Part shown: positions 13,827 to 26,148 of the stretch, in pieces
How the letters are laid out: each line of letters opens with the position of its first letter
How positions within the stretch are numbered: position 1 is the first letter of the stretch
Origin: Octopus bimaculoides
Taxonomy: Eukaryota
Direction: 5' to 3'
Assembly (NCBI RefSeq): GCF_001194135.2
Contig: NC_068985.1
Span: forward strand, 38,542,985-38,606,984
Length of the DNA stretch: 64,000 bases
Made by a program: the position numbers and the translations under genes
Notes under the pieces: model-generated
The model's input: the letters and a program-made list of their open reading frames with translations, nothing else
Told to the model about the DNA's origin: nothing
The model's database searches: none

Positions 13827-14155
13827 GAAGGCGCGTTGGTTGGTGGTTAGCGTGTTGCGCTCATAACCGTAAGATTGTGGTTTCGATTCCTAGAACGTGT
13901 GGTGCTTTGTGCTCTTGTGCAAACTCGTCATTTCACGTTGTCCCGCTTCCCTCAGCTGGCAGAAAAGAGTTTATACTTATTATTCAAATGGCTAGCCTTG
14001 TCAGAACCTGTGTCATGCTGAATCACCTTGAGAATTACGTTAAGGGTAGGTATCTTGTGTCGTGCTCAGCTTCTTGCATGCTAATTTCAGAAGCAAGCTG
14101 TTACGTTGATTGGATCAACTAGAACAATCGTCGTCGGAACCGACGGAGTGCCAGT
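13827..14155 (+). mobile_element. SINE family C, near full length
   Basis: Same head (GAAGGCGCG..GTGGTTAGCGTG..GTAAGATTGTGGTTTCGATTCC) followed by a longer body. Confidence 0.8.
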
Positions 14156-14516
14156 ATGAGCAGAAGCAAACACCTTCAATTAAGGATCCTCTTCTTTCTC
14201 ACGAATATCATTTTCAGAGATATGTATCTCCATATGGACACACACACGCACGCACATACACATACACACACACACACATGCACACACACACACATATATA
14301 TATATATGCTCATATGTACGCTAACACACACACACACATCATTGTTTCTAAACAACGCCTGAGACATGAAATTTGTAGTGTCAGTACCTTACCGGTATTT
14401 GATTTTATTGACAGCTGAGGGATAAAATACAAATTTAAGACTAGTGGGATTTTAACCCAGCCATAAAAAAAAAAACAGAACAAAAAAGGCAATAAGGAAC
14501 GATAGTAGGCTCCTAC

Positions 14517-14698
14517 CCGGAGGACACAGCCTTACATTTAGAGGATATTTTAAGTCAATGCCATTATCTCTATTACATGACTGGTACGACGTGCTATCGA
14601 AACCAGAATTGTTAAAGGCAGAGATGATATCCCCAAGATTCAAAATCTTATCGTCAAGACTATGAATATAAGCCGCAACAAAGGCGACAATCATTATA
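14517..14698 (-). other. Candidate coding exon of unknown product; alternatively a decayed RTE RT fragment on plus
   Basis: Minus: acceptor ttgctttcag, 60 open codons (IMIVAFVAAYIHSLDDKILNLGDIISAFNNSGFDSTSYQSCNRDNGIDLKYPLNVRLCPP), donors gtaagg (exon end 14536) or gtagga (14517). Plus: KTMNISRN..EKARNLG resembles RTE KT..M.ISR..EKFKYLG. Confidence 0.25.
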
Positions 14699-15489
14699 CT
14701 GAAAGCAATAACGACTTTGGCACTTCAGAAAAGGCCAGAAATTTAGGTCTAAAGGTTAGTTAATTGACTTAACTCTAATACATATATGCATACATGCATG
14801 CATACATACATAGATACATATATATATATATACACATACATACTCACATATATATATATTTATGGATAGATTGATAAATAGATATGTATGTAATTTTTAT
14901 ATCTCTGTCAATGTATCTATCTATTTAACTGCCTTTATTAGTTTCGTATGAGTTGATTCCTTCTGTTTTGATACTGGATCATAATATTTTAACTGTAACA
15001 TCAATCACACCAGCCAATATATTTCCGGTGTGTCCTTAGTTCAAAGAAATTGTCATCGAGTTACAAACCTAATACAGAGAGAGATAATTAAACATCAAAC
15101 AACATTTGGTTTTTGCCATTAGACATTGAAAGTAGACACTTTTTCCGTTATTTTCTAATCGATGTTGTTTTACATCATAAATATCCATTATTTATATCCG
15201 AGCTCTAATCAAGTCTGAAGGTCAATGACAATTATAATCTATACGACGGGCTTTATATCAAATACAATATGATACGGTTTTATATGCAATATACAGAAAG
15301 ATAAAAATTCGCTCACAATCACGTGGTTGTGGTTTCGAAGAAACTGCTCGATAATATGGGTAAATGCGTTTTATAAAGTCTTGAGAATGATCCGTGAATT
15401 TTCTGAGTGAAATTTGGTAGACAGAATTTGTAGAAGTCCATAAAACAGTACCACTTTTCGGCTAGTAGATCTGATCTGTATCCCTACTT

Positions 15490-15700
15490 AATATCTCTGC
15501 ATGCTCTTGCCTGCGTTTAGCGAGATGCAGTTTTTGAAAGCATTCCTAACCAGTTCTCCGTTTTGAGAATATCTAGTGAAATTCATGTGGTGATTTCTAC
15601 TGCCAGAACAAGTGAGCCGTGCTTCCTGCTTCTCTTTCTTCCCTACTGCTCCCACAGGCCCTGCAAGAGGTCATAGACATTACCCTATTTCTTATGAATG
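15490..15700 (-). mobile_element. Decayed RTE-like LINE 3' fragment
   Basis: Minus strand roughly LQG..EG.R.RGR.RK pattern with stops and frameshifts. Confidence 0.3.
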
Positions 15701-15995
15701 TACCATTTTTCGAACATGTTTAAATCATCTCAGCAGCCAAAACATTGACGTTAGCAAATATTAATTCGTAGTTTCAACATCATTGTTAAACATATCCTAT
15801 TGTTCATTGTTATTCTATCTAAATCCAGACAAATGTAAATCTATTAAGTTACATTGTTAATGCTGCTATCGTCTTTAAGGAAAGCATCGGATTTTATGAA
15901 ACTAGGCACTTGTTTGCAATAACTTTATGTTTTGAAAGAAAATGGCGTCATCTTTGAAAAACGGTATAAAGGAAGTACATGTACAAGTGTTTGTG

Positions 15996-16030
<35 letters not shown>

Positions 16031-16308
16031 TTATATGTATATACATGTAGAAATACATGTATATGTATTCATATATGTATGCATATATGTATATATATAT
16101 ATATATNNNNNNNNNNNNNNNNNNNNNNNNNNNNNNNNNNNNNNNNNNNNNNNNNNNNNNNNNNNNNNNNNNNNNNNNNNNNNNNNNNNNNNNNNNNNNN
16201 NNNNNNNNNNNNNNNNNNNNNNNNNNNNNNNNNNNNNNNNNNNNNNNNNNNNNNNNNNNNNNNNNNNNNNNNNNNNNNNNNNNNNNNNNNNNNNNNNNNN
16301 NNNNNNTG

Positions 16309-16349
<41 letters not shown>

Positions 16350-16525
16350 ACATATGTATATAGCCACATACACACACATGCAATTACATTTACGTGTATA
16401 TGAATGCATGTATGTGTGTATGTGCATGTATCTTGGGATTTTGTACATGCATAAACTATGATTAAATAAATACACAGTCGTACATTACTCATACAGAGAA
16501 TGCTCTTGTGAGTGTGTGTATGAAC

Positions 16526-16587
<62 letters not shown>

Positions 16588-16697
16588 GAGTTTGTATATG
16601 CATGTGTGTATATATATATATATATATATGTGTGTGTGCTGCGTGTGTGCTTATACGCTTTCTAGCATACGTGTATAATTGTATACTTTTTTCTCTG

Positions 16698-16831
16698 AAT
16701 GTATACTTTCCTATGTTTGCGCGGGTGGGTATCCGTTTTGCCAATTACTCTTCAAAGATATTTTACTACAATTGTCTAAGGAATTCCTCAAAATGACTCG
16801 AAGTATAGTGAAAGAATGCTTTTCCTTAAAA
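16698..16831 (+). repeat. Unclassified dispersed repeat, about 135 bp; inverted copy at 19141-19268
   Basis: ATGTTTGC.CG.G.GGGTATCCGTTTT.C.A.TTACT.TTCAAAGATA.TTTACTACA shared in opposite orientation. Confidence 0.8.
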
Positions 16832-17359
16832 ATAAATGTCATAAATGATATTGCAGACACTCCGATTAACCATACACACCCACCAGGACATATGCTTAAA
16901 ATGTATACCCACACGCTCGAACACATATAAGGCACAGAAGCGCATATACTGTAAGATAACTACTCGCTGACATAAGCAAACCTAAAACAAAGAAACACGT
17001 GTTGTCACTTAGTATTTTGCTCCGCTTTCTTACAGGCGTTAAATCATATTTTGTAAACATGATGTTTAAAGTTTGAGAATTTGAAATTCGTTTAGCAAAT
17101 ACACAAGGCAACTAAAAAAGTTTCACTCGTTTCTTTTTCCATCTAAATGCTACGTATTGACTGTTGATTAAAGGATACTTTCAACCCATTATGAAGATGT
17201 CTAATTCTTGTGTCTGCATCCAGTTAATAATAATTAGGTAGAACAAGGAAATGCAGTGTTGAGTTTACAAGATATTATTTGCTAAAAATTATAGAATACG
17301 TTTACGTCTATGTATTTGATTAGCAAATATATATGTGTGCGTGTATGTATATCTATCTA

Positions 17360-17404
<45 letters not shown>

Positions 17405-17564
17405 NNNNNNNNNNNNNNNNNNNNNNNNNNNNNNNNNNNNNNNNNNNNNNNNNNNNNNNNNNNNNNNNNNNNNNNNNNNNNNNNNNNNNNNNNNNNNNNN
17501 NNNNNNNNNNNNNNNNNNNNNNNNNNNNNNNNNNNNNNNNNNNNNNTATATATAATTGATAAAT

Positions 17565-17745
17565 AACGAAGAAAAAGAGGATAACAAGACCAAAACAACA
17601 ACGCGAGGACGTGGTACTTGCAAAGTATTAATAGGACACCCAAGGAAGGAAAGAAAGGGTATTTTACGTTTCGAGAAAACCTTTTCTTCAGAAATCGGAG
17701 ACAGGAAAGTCCAAAAGAAAAGGAAGACATACACATACAATCACC
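17565..17745 (-). mobile_element. PLE-associated or retrozyme-like repeat carrying a minimal hammerhead motif (copy 1)
   Basis: Homologous to 43660-43875 (CGCGAGGACGT.G.AC.TGCA.AGTATTAATA..GGAGACAGGAAAGTCCAAAAGAAAAGGAAG). Confidence 0.7.
17661..17695 (-). ncRNA. Minimal type I hammerhead ribozyme-like motif with mismatch at base of helix II
   Basis: Minus: ATTT-CTGAAGA-A-AAG-GTTTT-CTC-GAAA-CGTA-AAAT; helix I ATTT/AAAT, palindromic ACGT at helix III, GUA cleavage triplet. Confidence 0.6.
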
Positions 17746-17886
17746 TTATATAAGAACTTGAAAGAAGGAGGGATGCGTAAGATCCCTTGTCTAAGCAACA
17801 TGATGCAAAAAAATAAGATGGGAGGGTTTTGACTGGAACGTCGCTGAACAAATATTGTTATACTTGGGGATGTTCATATTTTGAGT

Positions 17887-18208
17887 GAAGGCGCATGGCT
17901 CAGTAGTTAGAGCGTCGAAGTTACGATCGTTAGATTGTAAGTTCGATTCCTGGACCGGGCTGCGTGTTGTGCTCTTTATTTCACGTTGCTCCAGTTAATT
18001 CAGCTGTAGAAATGAGATGCGACATCACTGGTGCCAAGCTGTGTCGGCTTTTGTCTTTCCCTTGGATAACATCAGTGGTGTGGAGAGGGGAGGCTGGTAT
18101 GCATGGGCGACTGCTGGCCTTCCTTAAACAACCTTTCCTGGACTTGTGCCTGGGAGGGTAACTTTCTAGGTGCAATCCCATGGTCATTTATGACCGAAGC
18201 GGGGTCTT
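17887..18208 (+). mobile_element. SINE family C-related copy with a different 3' body
   Basis: GAAGGCGCATGGCTCAGTAGTTAGAGCGTC..GTTCGATTCCTGGACC head. Confidence 0.8.
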
Positions 18209-18569
18209 CCGATCATATTTTGCCATTTGAAAACATGAACTATATATTTGGTCTTCACTTCTGCTTTATTTTTATCACTTTCGTTTGCTTACTAAAGCTC
18301 TTTCTTCATACATCCTCGAACCTTTTCATCAGAAGTGCTTTGACAAAGAAACGAAAATAATAAGAATAAAGCTGAAGTGAAAACCAAATATATAGTGCGT
18401 GTTTTTAACTGGTAAATTATGACCATCTCCAACCATAATAATATAAAATATTGGCCTTCCCTAAGATAATTTGCGATAAGATACATTGCATGAATAGGAA
18501 TTTTTTAGGTGATGGACTCTCCCATGTAATACGTTAAGGGGCTAACATACTCATCCGTATATTCACTCA

Positions 18570-18858
18570 TAAATATGATTGATACTCATTAGAGAATGTG
18601 CCACACCCTCGATGGGCCTGTGTACTGTCGTACACCCTATTAACATTTCTATCAAATATATGATGATCAAGGTCTGTGAGCGAATTTTTGGTGTTGCATT
18701 CTGGAACTACCACCTTACCGACCTGAGGTATGCAGACGCTATCACCCGATGCACTAACTCGATCAATTAGCACAGGGACGCACTGACCATATACCGAGAG
18801 GAATCAACAAAGCTTGACCTTCAGGTGAGTTGGGCAAGAATCATGCTGATGCATAACC
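18570..18858 (+). mobile_element. RTE-like LINE reverse transcriptase fragment
   Basis: ..FGVAFWNYHLTDLRYADAIT..*HRDALTIYREESTKLDLQVSWARIMLM matches LTDL.(F/Y)ADD..L......E...LGL.VSW.K. Confidence 0.7.
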
Positions 18859-19899
18859 GCCCCCCCCCCCGCTCCACATTCGCCCCCGACGTTGTGGACT
18901 TTGTCAGCTCATTTATCTACTAATAATCCTTATCAATCCACGCAAAATACTTAGCGGCATTTATTTTTTCACCGTGTTCTGCTTTTCGGTGACAATGAAA
19001 TAAGTACCAGTTACGCACGAAGGGATGTGTAATCGACTTAAATATACCCCCCCACCACCACCACCACCACCAAGCAAAAAATTTAAGCCTTGTGCCTATA
19101 ACGGAAAGGATTATTATTGTTGTTGTTGTTCTTGTTGTTGTTTTAGGAAAGGCATTCCTTCACTTCTAGATATTTTAAGATATTTTTTTAGAGAACTGTA
19201 GTAAAGTATCTTTGAAAAGTAACTAGGAAAACGGATACCCGCTCGAGCAAACATTGAAAACTCTACATAGATAGGCATAATGTTGTAACTACTGTAACCG
19301 TTTCCTCTCTCTCTAACACAACCAATATCTTTCAGGGGGCTCTGGACGTGACGCAGTAACATTTCCTGTACGTTATATATCGGAAGCCTTGTTCCGTGTT
19401 GATTTCGATTTCATTATTTGGATTCTGGCAAAATTCTATCGTATTCATTAAGGAGCTTACACGTACATCATCATGCGCATGTGTGTCCATACATACACAC
19501 TACAAGCACACCGTGAAGACAAAAGCTGAAATATCATCATTGATTTTTAAAACAAACAGAATGATCGTATTGACGTTGAATATAGTCATCAGTGTGTAAC
19601 TAGAGGAAAAAGCCGAAAGGGAATTCAGTAAATACGCATATTTCGATTTTCTCAACAATATTATGACTAGCGCGCCAGTAATTCTGATAACTAGCAGTTA
19701 ACCAACTTTGGAACAATAATATTATCCTCAAGATTATCAATACCACAAACAATAGTAAGGAAGAATGGTGACATAACACTTTTGTCTCAATGATACAAGT
19801 AAAACAGTTACAAGTACATTTAAAATTAGTAATAGACTAATATGCATCACCAACATTACTAGCGAAGAAACTTCCACCATTGGAATCAAGAATTATCCA

Positions 19900-20240
19900 A
19901 TTAATAGCAATTCAGTTTGCCGAGTTTCCGCTAGGCTTGGCCTTATGTTTATGAAGTTTGCTCTGCAGTCATGTGATGCTTGTTTCGATACCAGTGCTTG
20001 GCCTCTTCGATATAATTTGCTATACATTCTAAATGACACCAACCGAATGAGCGAAGATGTCCAAACAGAATTTTTATGGAAGCTTTTTTGGATGTACTGT
20101 ACCTGCTATGGAAAGGGGAAGTCTTGTTACATAAGGTTACTCTGATTTGGCCAGAGAATTGCGAAAAAACTTAGACTCTTTGTAGAATCTTCATACCAAC
20201 AGAATCTGTATTGACCACCACTGGATGTCATCAACAAAGA
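19900..20240 (-). mobile_element. Decayed RTE-like LINE 3' fragment
   Basis: Minus strand IKILFGHL-like motif, heavily interrupted. Confidence 0.3.
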
Positions 20241-20299
20241 TCCCGTAACACTCATTATTTTCATTTTCTCTAATTGCGTGAGACTATTTAATGTACAGT

Positions 20300-20550
20300 G
20301 GGAGCGTGTGGCTTAAAGGTTAAGGTGTTGAACTCATAATCGTAAGATTGTGGTTTGAGTCCTGGACCGGGTGACGTGCTGTGGTATTGATCAAAGCACT
20401 ACATACCACGTTATTCCAGTCTATCCATATGGTAAACATGAGTAATCCTGCGACGGACCTGCGACGGACCTGCGTCCCGTCCACGTAGGCAATAAATGCG
20501 TAATGGAGACCTGGAAAACGGCTCTATGAGTCTATGTGACTCGTGAAGAA
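20300..20550 (+). mobile_element. SINE family C, diverged
   Basis: Head GGAGCGTGTGGCTTAAAGGTTAAGGTGTTGAACTCATAATCGTAAGATTGTGG; internal tandem CCTGCGACGGA duplication. Confidence 0.75.
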
Positions 20551-20756
20551 AATTTACTGCTTTTACTATTTAATGTGAAGGTGTGTTTCGGGACAGTTTA
20601 GTCCACCACGTTCGCCCTCTAACAGGTTTGTGATCACCTGCTTATGTGGAATAACTTTCATCGGGAGTTGGTTTCTTAAACAAAGAAGGGTTTAGATTAT
20701 TCAGTTAAACTCTAAGAAGCAGGAATTAAGTACAATCAGCACCACATTGTATATGC

Positions 20757-20878
20757 AGACATGGGTGTCTGGAAAACATTAGGCTCCTTCCCAAGTACGT
20801 GATTTCAGATTCAGTCCCACTACGTGGCACCTTGGGCAAGTGTCTTCTACTATAGCCTCAAGCTGACCAAAGCCCCTT
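20757..20878 (+). mobile_element. SINE family B 5' portion running into (TA)n
   Basis: ..TTCAGTCCCACTACGTGGCACCTTGGGCAAGTGTCTTCTACTATAGCCTCAAGCTGACCAAAGCC. Confidence 0.8.
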
Positions 20879-20882
20879 CTAA

Positions 20883-20950
<68 letters not shown>

Positions 20951-20987
20951 GCATACATATGTATATATATATATAGAGAGAGAGAGA

Positions 20988-21044
<57 letters not shown>

Positions 21045-21437
21045 GTGTGTGTGTAAATATATACACATGTATGCATATATTTATTCATATTTATATATAC
21101 ATATACACAATGAAAGAGATCGAAGGACTGCACCGATACACTAAGAGGCCGATATATTGAGAGAGTTCGATCAATACATAAATACACCAATACTTATAGC
21201 TTCAGAGCCACATGCACACGCGCGCGCCCGCTCACACTCTCACACACACATAAAGTAGAGACGTTGCACTGTTTAATTCTCTAAGGACGAGTGTATCCTG
21301 ACTCCTTTGAACAATTTTGGTTTCAATTCCGGTACGAAGACATTGAGATTGAGATATATTTGATGGAACTTAAGTGCATCTTCATACACAAACCTACACA
21401 CACAGAAACAAACATACTTAGATACACGCATGCGTAA

Positions 21438-21503
<66 letters not shown>

Positions 21504-21945
21504 AGTCCTCAAAGCAGTTAAGAGCATATTCAGTAACATTGGAAATAGGCCATCTCTTGTTACATATATATTTATATTTACGTATACATAATTCTAGGCG
21601 TGTATATATGCTTTTATATCGGCATAAATCTCGAAGTTCTAGATAGATCATGAACCCATATTAAAATGCACGAAATTATTGTTCATGAATTCAGATGACT
21701 TGGTATTCCGTGGGTGGAAAAGGAAAATGAAATGTCTCCAAACATTTTACGAGTAACTTTGTATTGCATTTCCATCTATATTGACGAAGCTGTTGTAATC
21801 AGGAAACTATATGATTCAGTCAACTTATGTAAAATGTGTGCTCTAATTGTATCACTGTCACCCAACTTGCCTACCAAGTGTGAATACCTAATGCTACAAG
21901 AAACAATTTACTTGGCCCTTGGTCCATTGACATGCAAAATATTAT

Positions 21946-22310
21946 TTTCACCTCTGCCTTAGCGAAGGCGAGATTATTGTTTTTCTGTCGTGTTTGTTTG
22001 TCCGTGGACAAGATATCTCAAGAACCACCGGATAGATTGGGATGAAACTTTCAGGGATGTTTGGCCTCGTGACTGATACGAACTGATTAGATTTTGGGAT
22101 CGATCCAGTACCGGACAAGGATCCCGGATTATTTTTCGTTTCTTTCTTTTTACTTAATTTTTGAGAGCGTTCATTTTTTGTGTTCTCGTTTGTGAGAGCA
22201 GTCGAGTTTATTTCAGATATTCTCATTTTAAAAATCATCTCGGGCTAATCCTTGACAGGACGTTGCTGTTGGCTTGGTGGATGTTTGCGCTCTCTAAGTG
22301 CTCTTGTTTT
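21946..22310 (+). mobile_element. Helentron-associated (HINE/DINE-1-like) non-autonomous element
   Basis: 5' TTTTCACCTCTGCCTTAGCGAAGGCG (subTIR plus short hairpin), GTTTGTTTGTCC tract, internal GATCC/GGATC inverted repeats, 3' GGTGGATGTTT-GCGCTCTCTAAGTGC-TCTTGTTTT. Confidence 0.6.
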
Positions 22311-22332
22311 TATTCCTTTTTTTTTTATTAGT

Positions 22333-22502
22333 GAAAGGTGGCGAGCTGGTATTAAGTCGATTATATCGACCTCAGTGAGTAACTGGTACTTATTTAATCG
22401 ACCCTGAAAGAATCAAAGGCAAAGTCGACCTCGGCGGAATTTGAACTCAGAGCATAAAGACAGACGAAATACTGCTAAGCATTTCGTCCGGCGTCCTAAC
22501 GT
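22333..22502 (-). mobile_element. SINE family A copy, body on minus, preceded by a short plus-strand head
   Basis: AAGGTGGCGAGCTGG on plus then inverted body up to the gap at 22503. Confidence 0.8.
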
Positions 22503-22739
22503 NNNNNNNNNNGTACATATTTTCTGTTACTTTTTCGTTCTTTCTTAGTATTGCAAAAAATTTTTTCATGTGTTGTTTTGCCAAAATGGGTAATCCTCGG
22601 GGATTATAAAATATAGGAAGAGTGTTCATTCTCTTAAACGATGTATATTTATATCTAAGTATCAAATTTGTGTGTGTATATTTATAGGAATAATTATATT
22701 CGCATATATATGCAGGTACACAAACAGACATGCACGCAA

Positions 22740-22740
<1 letters not shown>

Positions 22741-22812
<72 letters not shown>
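22741..22812. repeat. (TG)n microsatellite
   Basis: Directly visible. Confidence 0.97.
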
Positions 22813-22816
<4 letters not shown>

Positions 22817-22924
22817 CTTTTCAACATTAGTACAGGTACACACATACATAGAGTTAAAACGGAAGTTAATTTTCCTTTATATCAAATATACATGACGATA
22901 TTAATAAGAAAGTATATTTTTAAC

Positions 22925-23700
22925 TTTCTGAGTCTATAAGAAGAGGCAGTTCTCATGACCTTTGCAAGCCGTCTAAAGCCAGTGTGACTGACGCTATTAT
23001 TATTCCTCCTGAATATTCGAAAATACACAACTACGAGAAAGTTATGAAGAGTGAGTGAATTACAGAAACCTGAATTGCTGGGAAACAAGAATTGGACACA
23101 ACAACAATGATTGGAGGTGGAAAGAAGAATGCGATAGGCGTGCAGGAATGGATTTGAAACGAGCCCAGCTACATCCGAGGAGCAATGGCCATTAGAGTAT
23201 TAATAGAAAATTAGATGAGACAATACACCTATGAGTCGAGACAGAAAACATGTCTGTGAAAGACTTTACTCCTATAAGCCAACGGATCCTCTTTCTGGAT
23301 GCAACCTACGATGTAGCTACGAGCAGCAGCAGCAGTATTTCGAATCTAAGAGTAACATTGTGTATTTCATCTGAGATTTGTAACTCTGAAGAGAGTCGTT
23401 ATTCTTTGGGATGTGATCCTAGCTACGTTAAAGATGTTCTTTCTCGAAAATTAGTTCATCTGTGGCAGAGAGCGATTTTGACGGTTCTAGTTGCTCCTGA
23501 TTAAGGGATGTAGTGCGATGTTATTTTCTTGATACGAATAGAGCTTTTGATTTCATGCTGCTGAAAGAGAGGAAATTAGCAATTTGCAACTGAAAAACAC
23601 ATTCAAGTTACCGCTAATAGAGCCAGTGTGCGTTTGGCAGTCTGTGACTAGTCTAAGACTGGATAAAGCAAGATCGAAGAAGCTTAAGAGAAGAGTACCA
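22925..23700 (-). mobile_element. CR1-like LINE 3' RT/C-terminal fragment, decayed
   Basis: Minus-strand remnants of ..FRARKYF..LLYK.Q.RP..EY.. and Y.NGHCSSDVAGLV (cf. YY.G.CSSEL). Confidence 0.6.
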
Positions 23701-23780
23701 AAAGAAATACTAATAAAGACATATTAATGCATGCAGGCGTATAAAGACAAATAAACGCACAACGCATGCACTCCTTTAAA

Positions 23781-23828
<48 letters not shown>

Positions 23829-25169
23829 ACACATCGTTTATATGTTTATATGTGAATTAGCAAAAACAAGAAAAGCAACAGGACTCAATACAAGTCACAC
23901 AATTTCCATTCACNNNNNNNNNNNNNNNNNNNNNNNNNNNNNNNNNNNNNNNNNNNNNNNNNNNNNNNNNNNNNNNNNNNNNNNNNNNNNNNNNNNNNNN
24001 NNNNNNNNNNNNNNNNNNNNNNNNNNNNNNNNNNNNNNNNNNNNNNNNNNNNNNNNNNNNNNNNNNNNNNNNNNNNNNNNNNNNNNNNNNNNNNNNNNNN
24101 NNNNNNNNNNNNNNNNNNNNNNNNNNNNNNNNNNNNNNNNNNNNNNNNNNNNNNNNNNNNNNNNNNNNNNNNNNNNNNNNNNNNNNNNNNNNNNNNNNNN
24201 NNNNNNNNNNNNNNNNNNNNNNNNNNNNNNNNNNNNNNNNNNNNNNNNNNNNNNNNNNNNNNNNNNNNNNNNNNNNNNNNNNNNNNNNNNNNNNNNNNNA
24301 TATATATATATATATATATATGTACGTATGTATGTATTACGTATATACACACATACACATATATTGGTATGCATATGTGATTGTATGAACATACTGTTAC
24401 GTTTAGGAATATTTTAAAACAAGCAGGTGTATTCTTGAGCAAGCATACAAACGAACACGTGCACGCTCAGATAGTTTAATCGGCACAATGATATTAGAAA
24501 AACGCTCACATGCATATGTATATATAAATATATACATACATTAATGTATGCATAATTATACATGTTTATATATGTTCGTTAGAGTGTGAAAGTGTGTGTG
24601 CATATGTGTGTGTATGTGAGTGTGTGTTTGCGTATGTGTGTGTGTGCGTGTTCGTGTGTGTGTGTGTGTGTGTGTGCAAAGAATATGTCAAATGAAAGCA
24701 ATAATAAAATGATGGAAAGGAAGCGTTATAAAAACGGAAGATAAATACAATATATCATAATAAATTAATGTAAAAAAGAATATTAAAAATTTTGTAAACT
24801 AACGACAAAAAAAACAACCTTTTAAATAAATATATTATCGAAGTGTGTTTAAATAAAAGTTTTATAGCAATTCTTGCCGAGATCAAAGCGAAGATGTGAC
24901 AGAACTACAGGGTAAAGCATCTGTATCATTTCACATGACAGGATTTATTTAAATTTCATGTATTATGTTTGTAGAGAAGAGAAATTTCTCGGGCAGAAAT
25001 GTAAGTAGTGGAGCTACAAATTTTCAATGGCAATCTTTCACATGAGAAAGCAAAATCTTGAACCGGAACTGTAAAATGTTAATGAAAATCGGACTTATCG
25101 CACCATCAGACCATTTTCAAACATACACAAATGTATATATGCCTATACATGTATGTATGTATGTATGTA

Positions 25170-25730
25170 TGTACGAGTCTGGTGCAAAAGTTGAAGTCGA
25201 GACCACGATAGGTAATGCAACGTCAGTACTTCAAGGAATTTATCCCATATGGAAACCGAAGTCCAACCATAAGAAGGCAAAACCGTAGCTATATTCATGT
25301 TATACCAGTAGTCATCTACGTCTGCAAAACCTTAAAGAAGACAGTAAAGGCCTCTCAGTTACTGGATCCGTTGCACTGAAGCTGTTCATCTCTTACAGAC
25401 ACACAGAGAGAAACGAAGAGGTGAAGAGAGGAACTGGCGAGGAAAGCTTGCTGAGCGTGGTGACTAAGTGGCGAATACAGCTTACTGGCTATGTACTTCG
25501 ATTACCACATTAGCGGCATGCTACCATCGTGATAGAGTGAACGCCTCAAAGAGGAAAAAGAATGGTAGAAGACCACAGAAGACGTGTCGCAGCACTTTCT
25601 GGCACGACATTATAGACATGGGCTTCGGCTCGAATGAAGCTAAGAGGAAAGCGATCCATCGGAATGTTTAGAGTAAGTTCGTTGGCTGTTGTACTGACAA
25701 CACTGGATGGTCTTAGAGTTAAGAACTAAG
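25170..25730 (+). mobile_element. RTE-clade LINE 3' end, decayed
   Basis: ..TIGNATSVLQGIYPIW.., VIPV.IY, NEEVKRGTGE, GYVLRLP..RHA, KRK.GRRPQKTCRSTF motifs followed by short 3' repeats. Confidence 0.75.
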
Positions 25731-26111
25731 AACGTACGTACGTATGTATATATGTATGTATGTTTTTCTTTTCCTTGTCATTTTATAGTTCATTTTCATT
25801 GGCCACCTGCTTGGTTGCCGGGTTGGGCACGAAAGCATTTTATTTAGTTCATAATACTTCTAAATCTTAAGAAGACTTTTATTGTCTTAGATGTCATGAA
25901 CATTTGTAGTTTATGTATTAGAATTTCTTTCTCTCCCAAAAGACCCAAGATCTGCCATACTTTGCTCCAAGAGGATGGGCGTGTATCCTGTTCTTCCAAT
26001 AATAATAGAGATATAACTGCAAGTATAACAATAACCGGCTTGTTTTCTCTTAACTTGCTGGCTGTTTTAACTTTTGAGTTTCACTAATATTCTTTTAACC
26101 CACCGGTCTCA

Positions 26112-26148
<37 letters not shown>

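Noticed and set aside
15660-15671. Strong polypyrimidine tract plus AG suggesting a plus-strand exon
   Set aside because: The tract is the antisense of a purine-rich RTE-like segment, and the donor is weak
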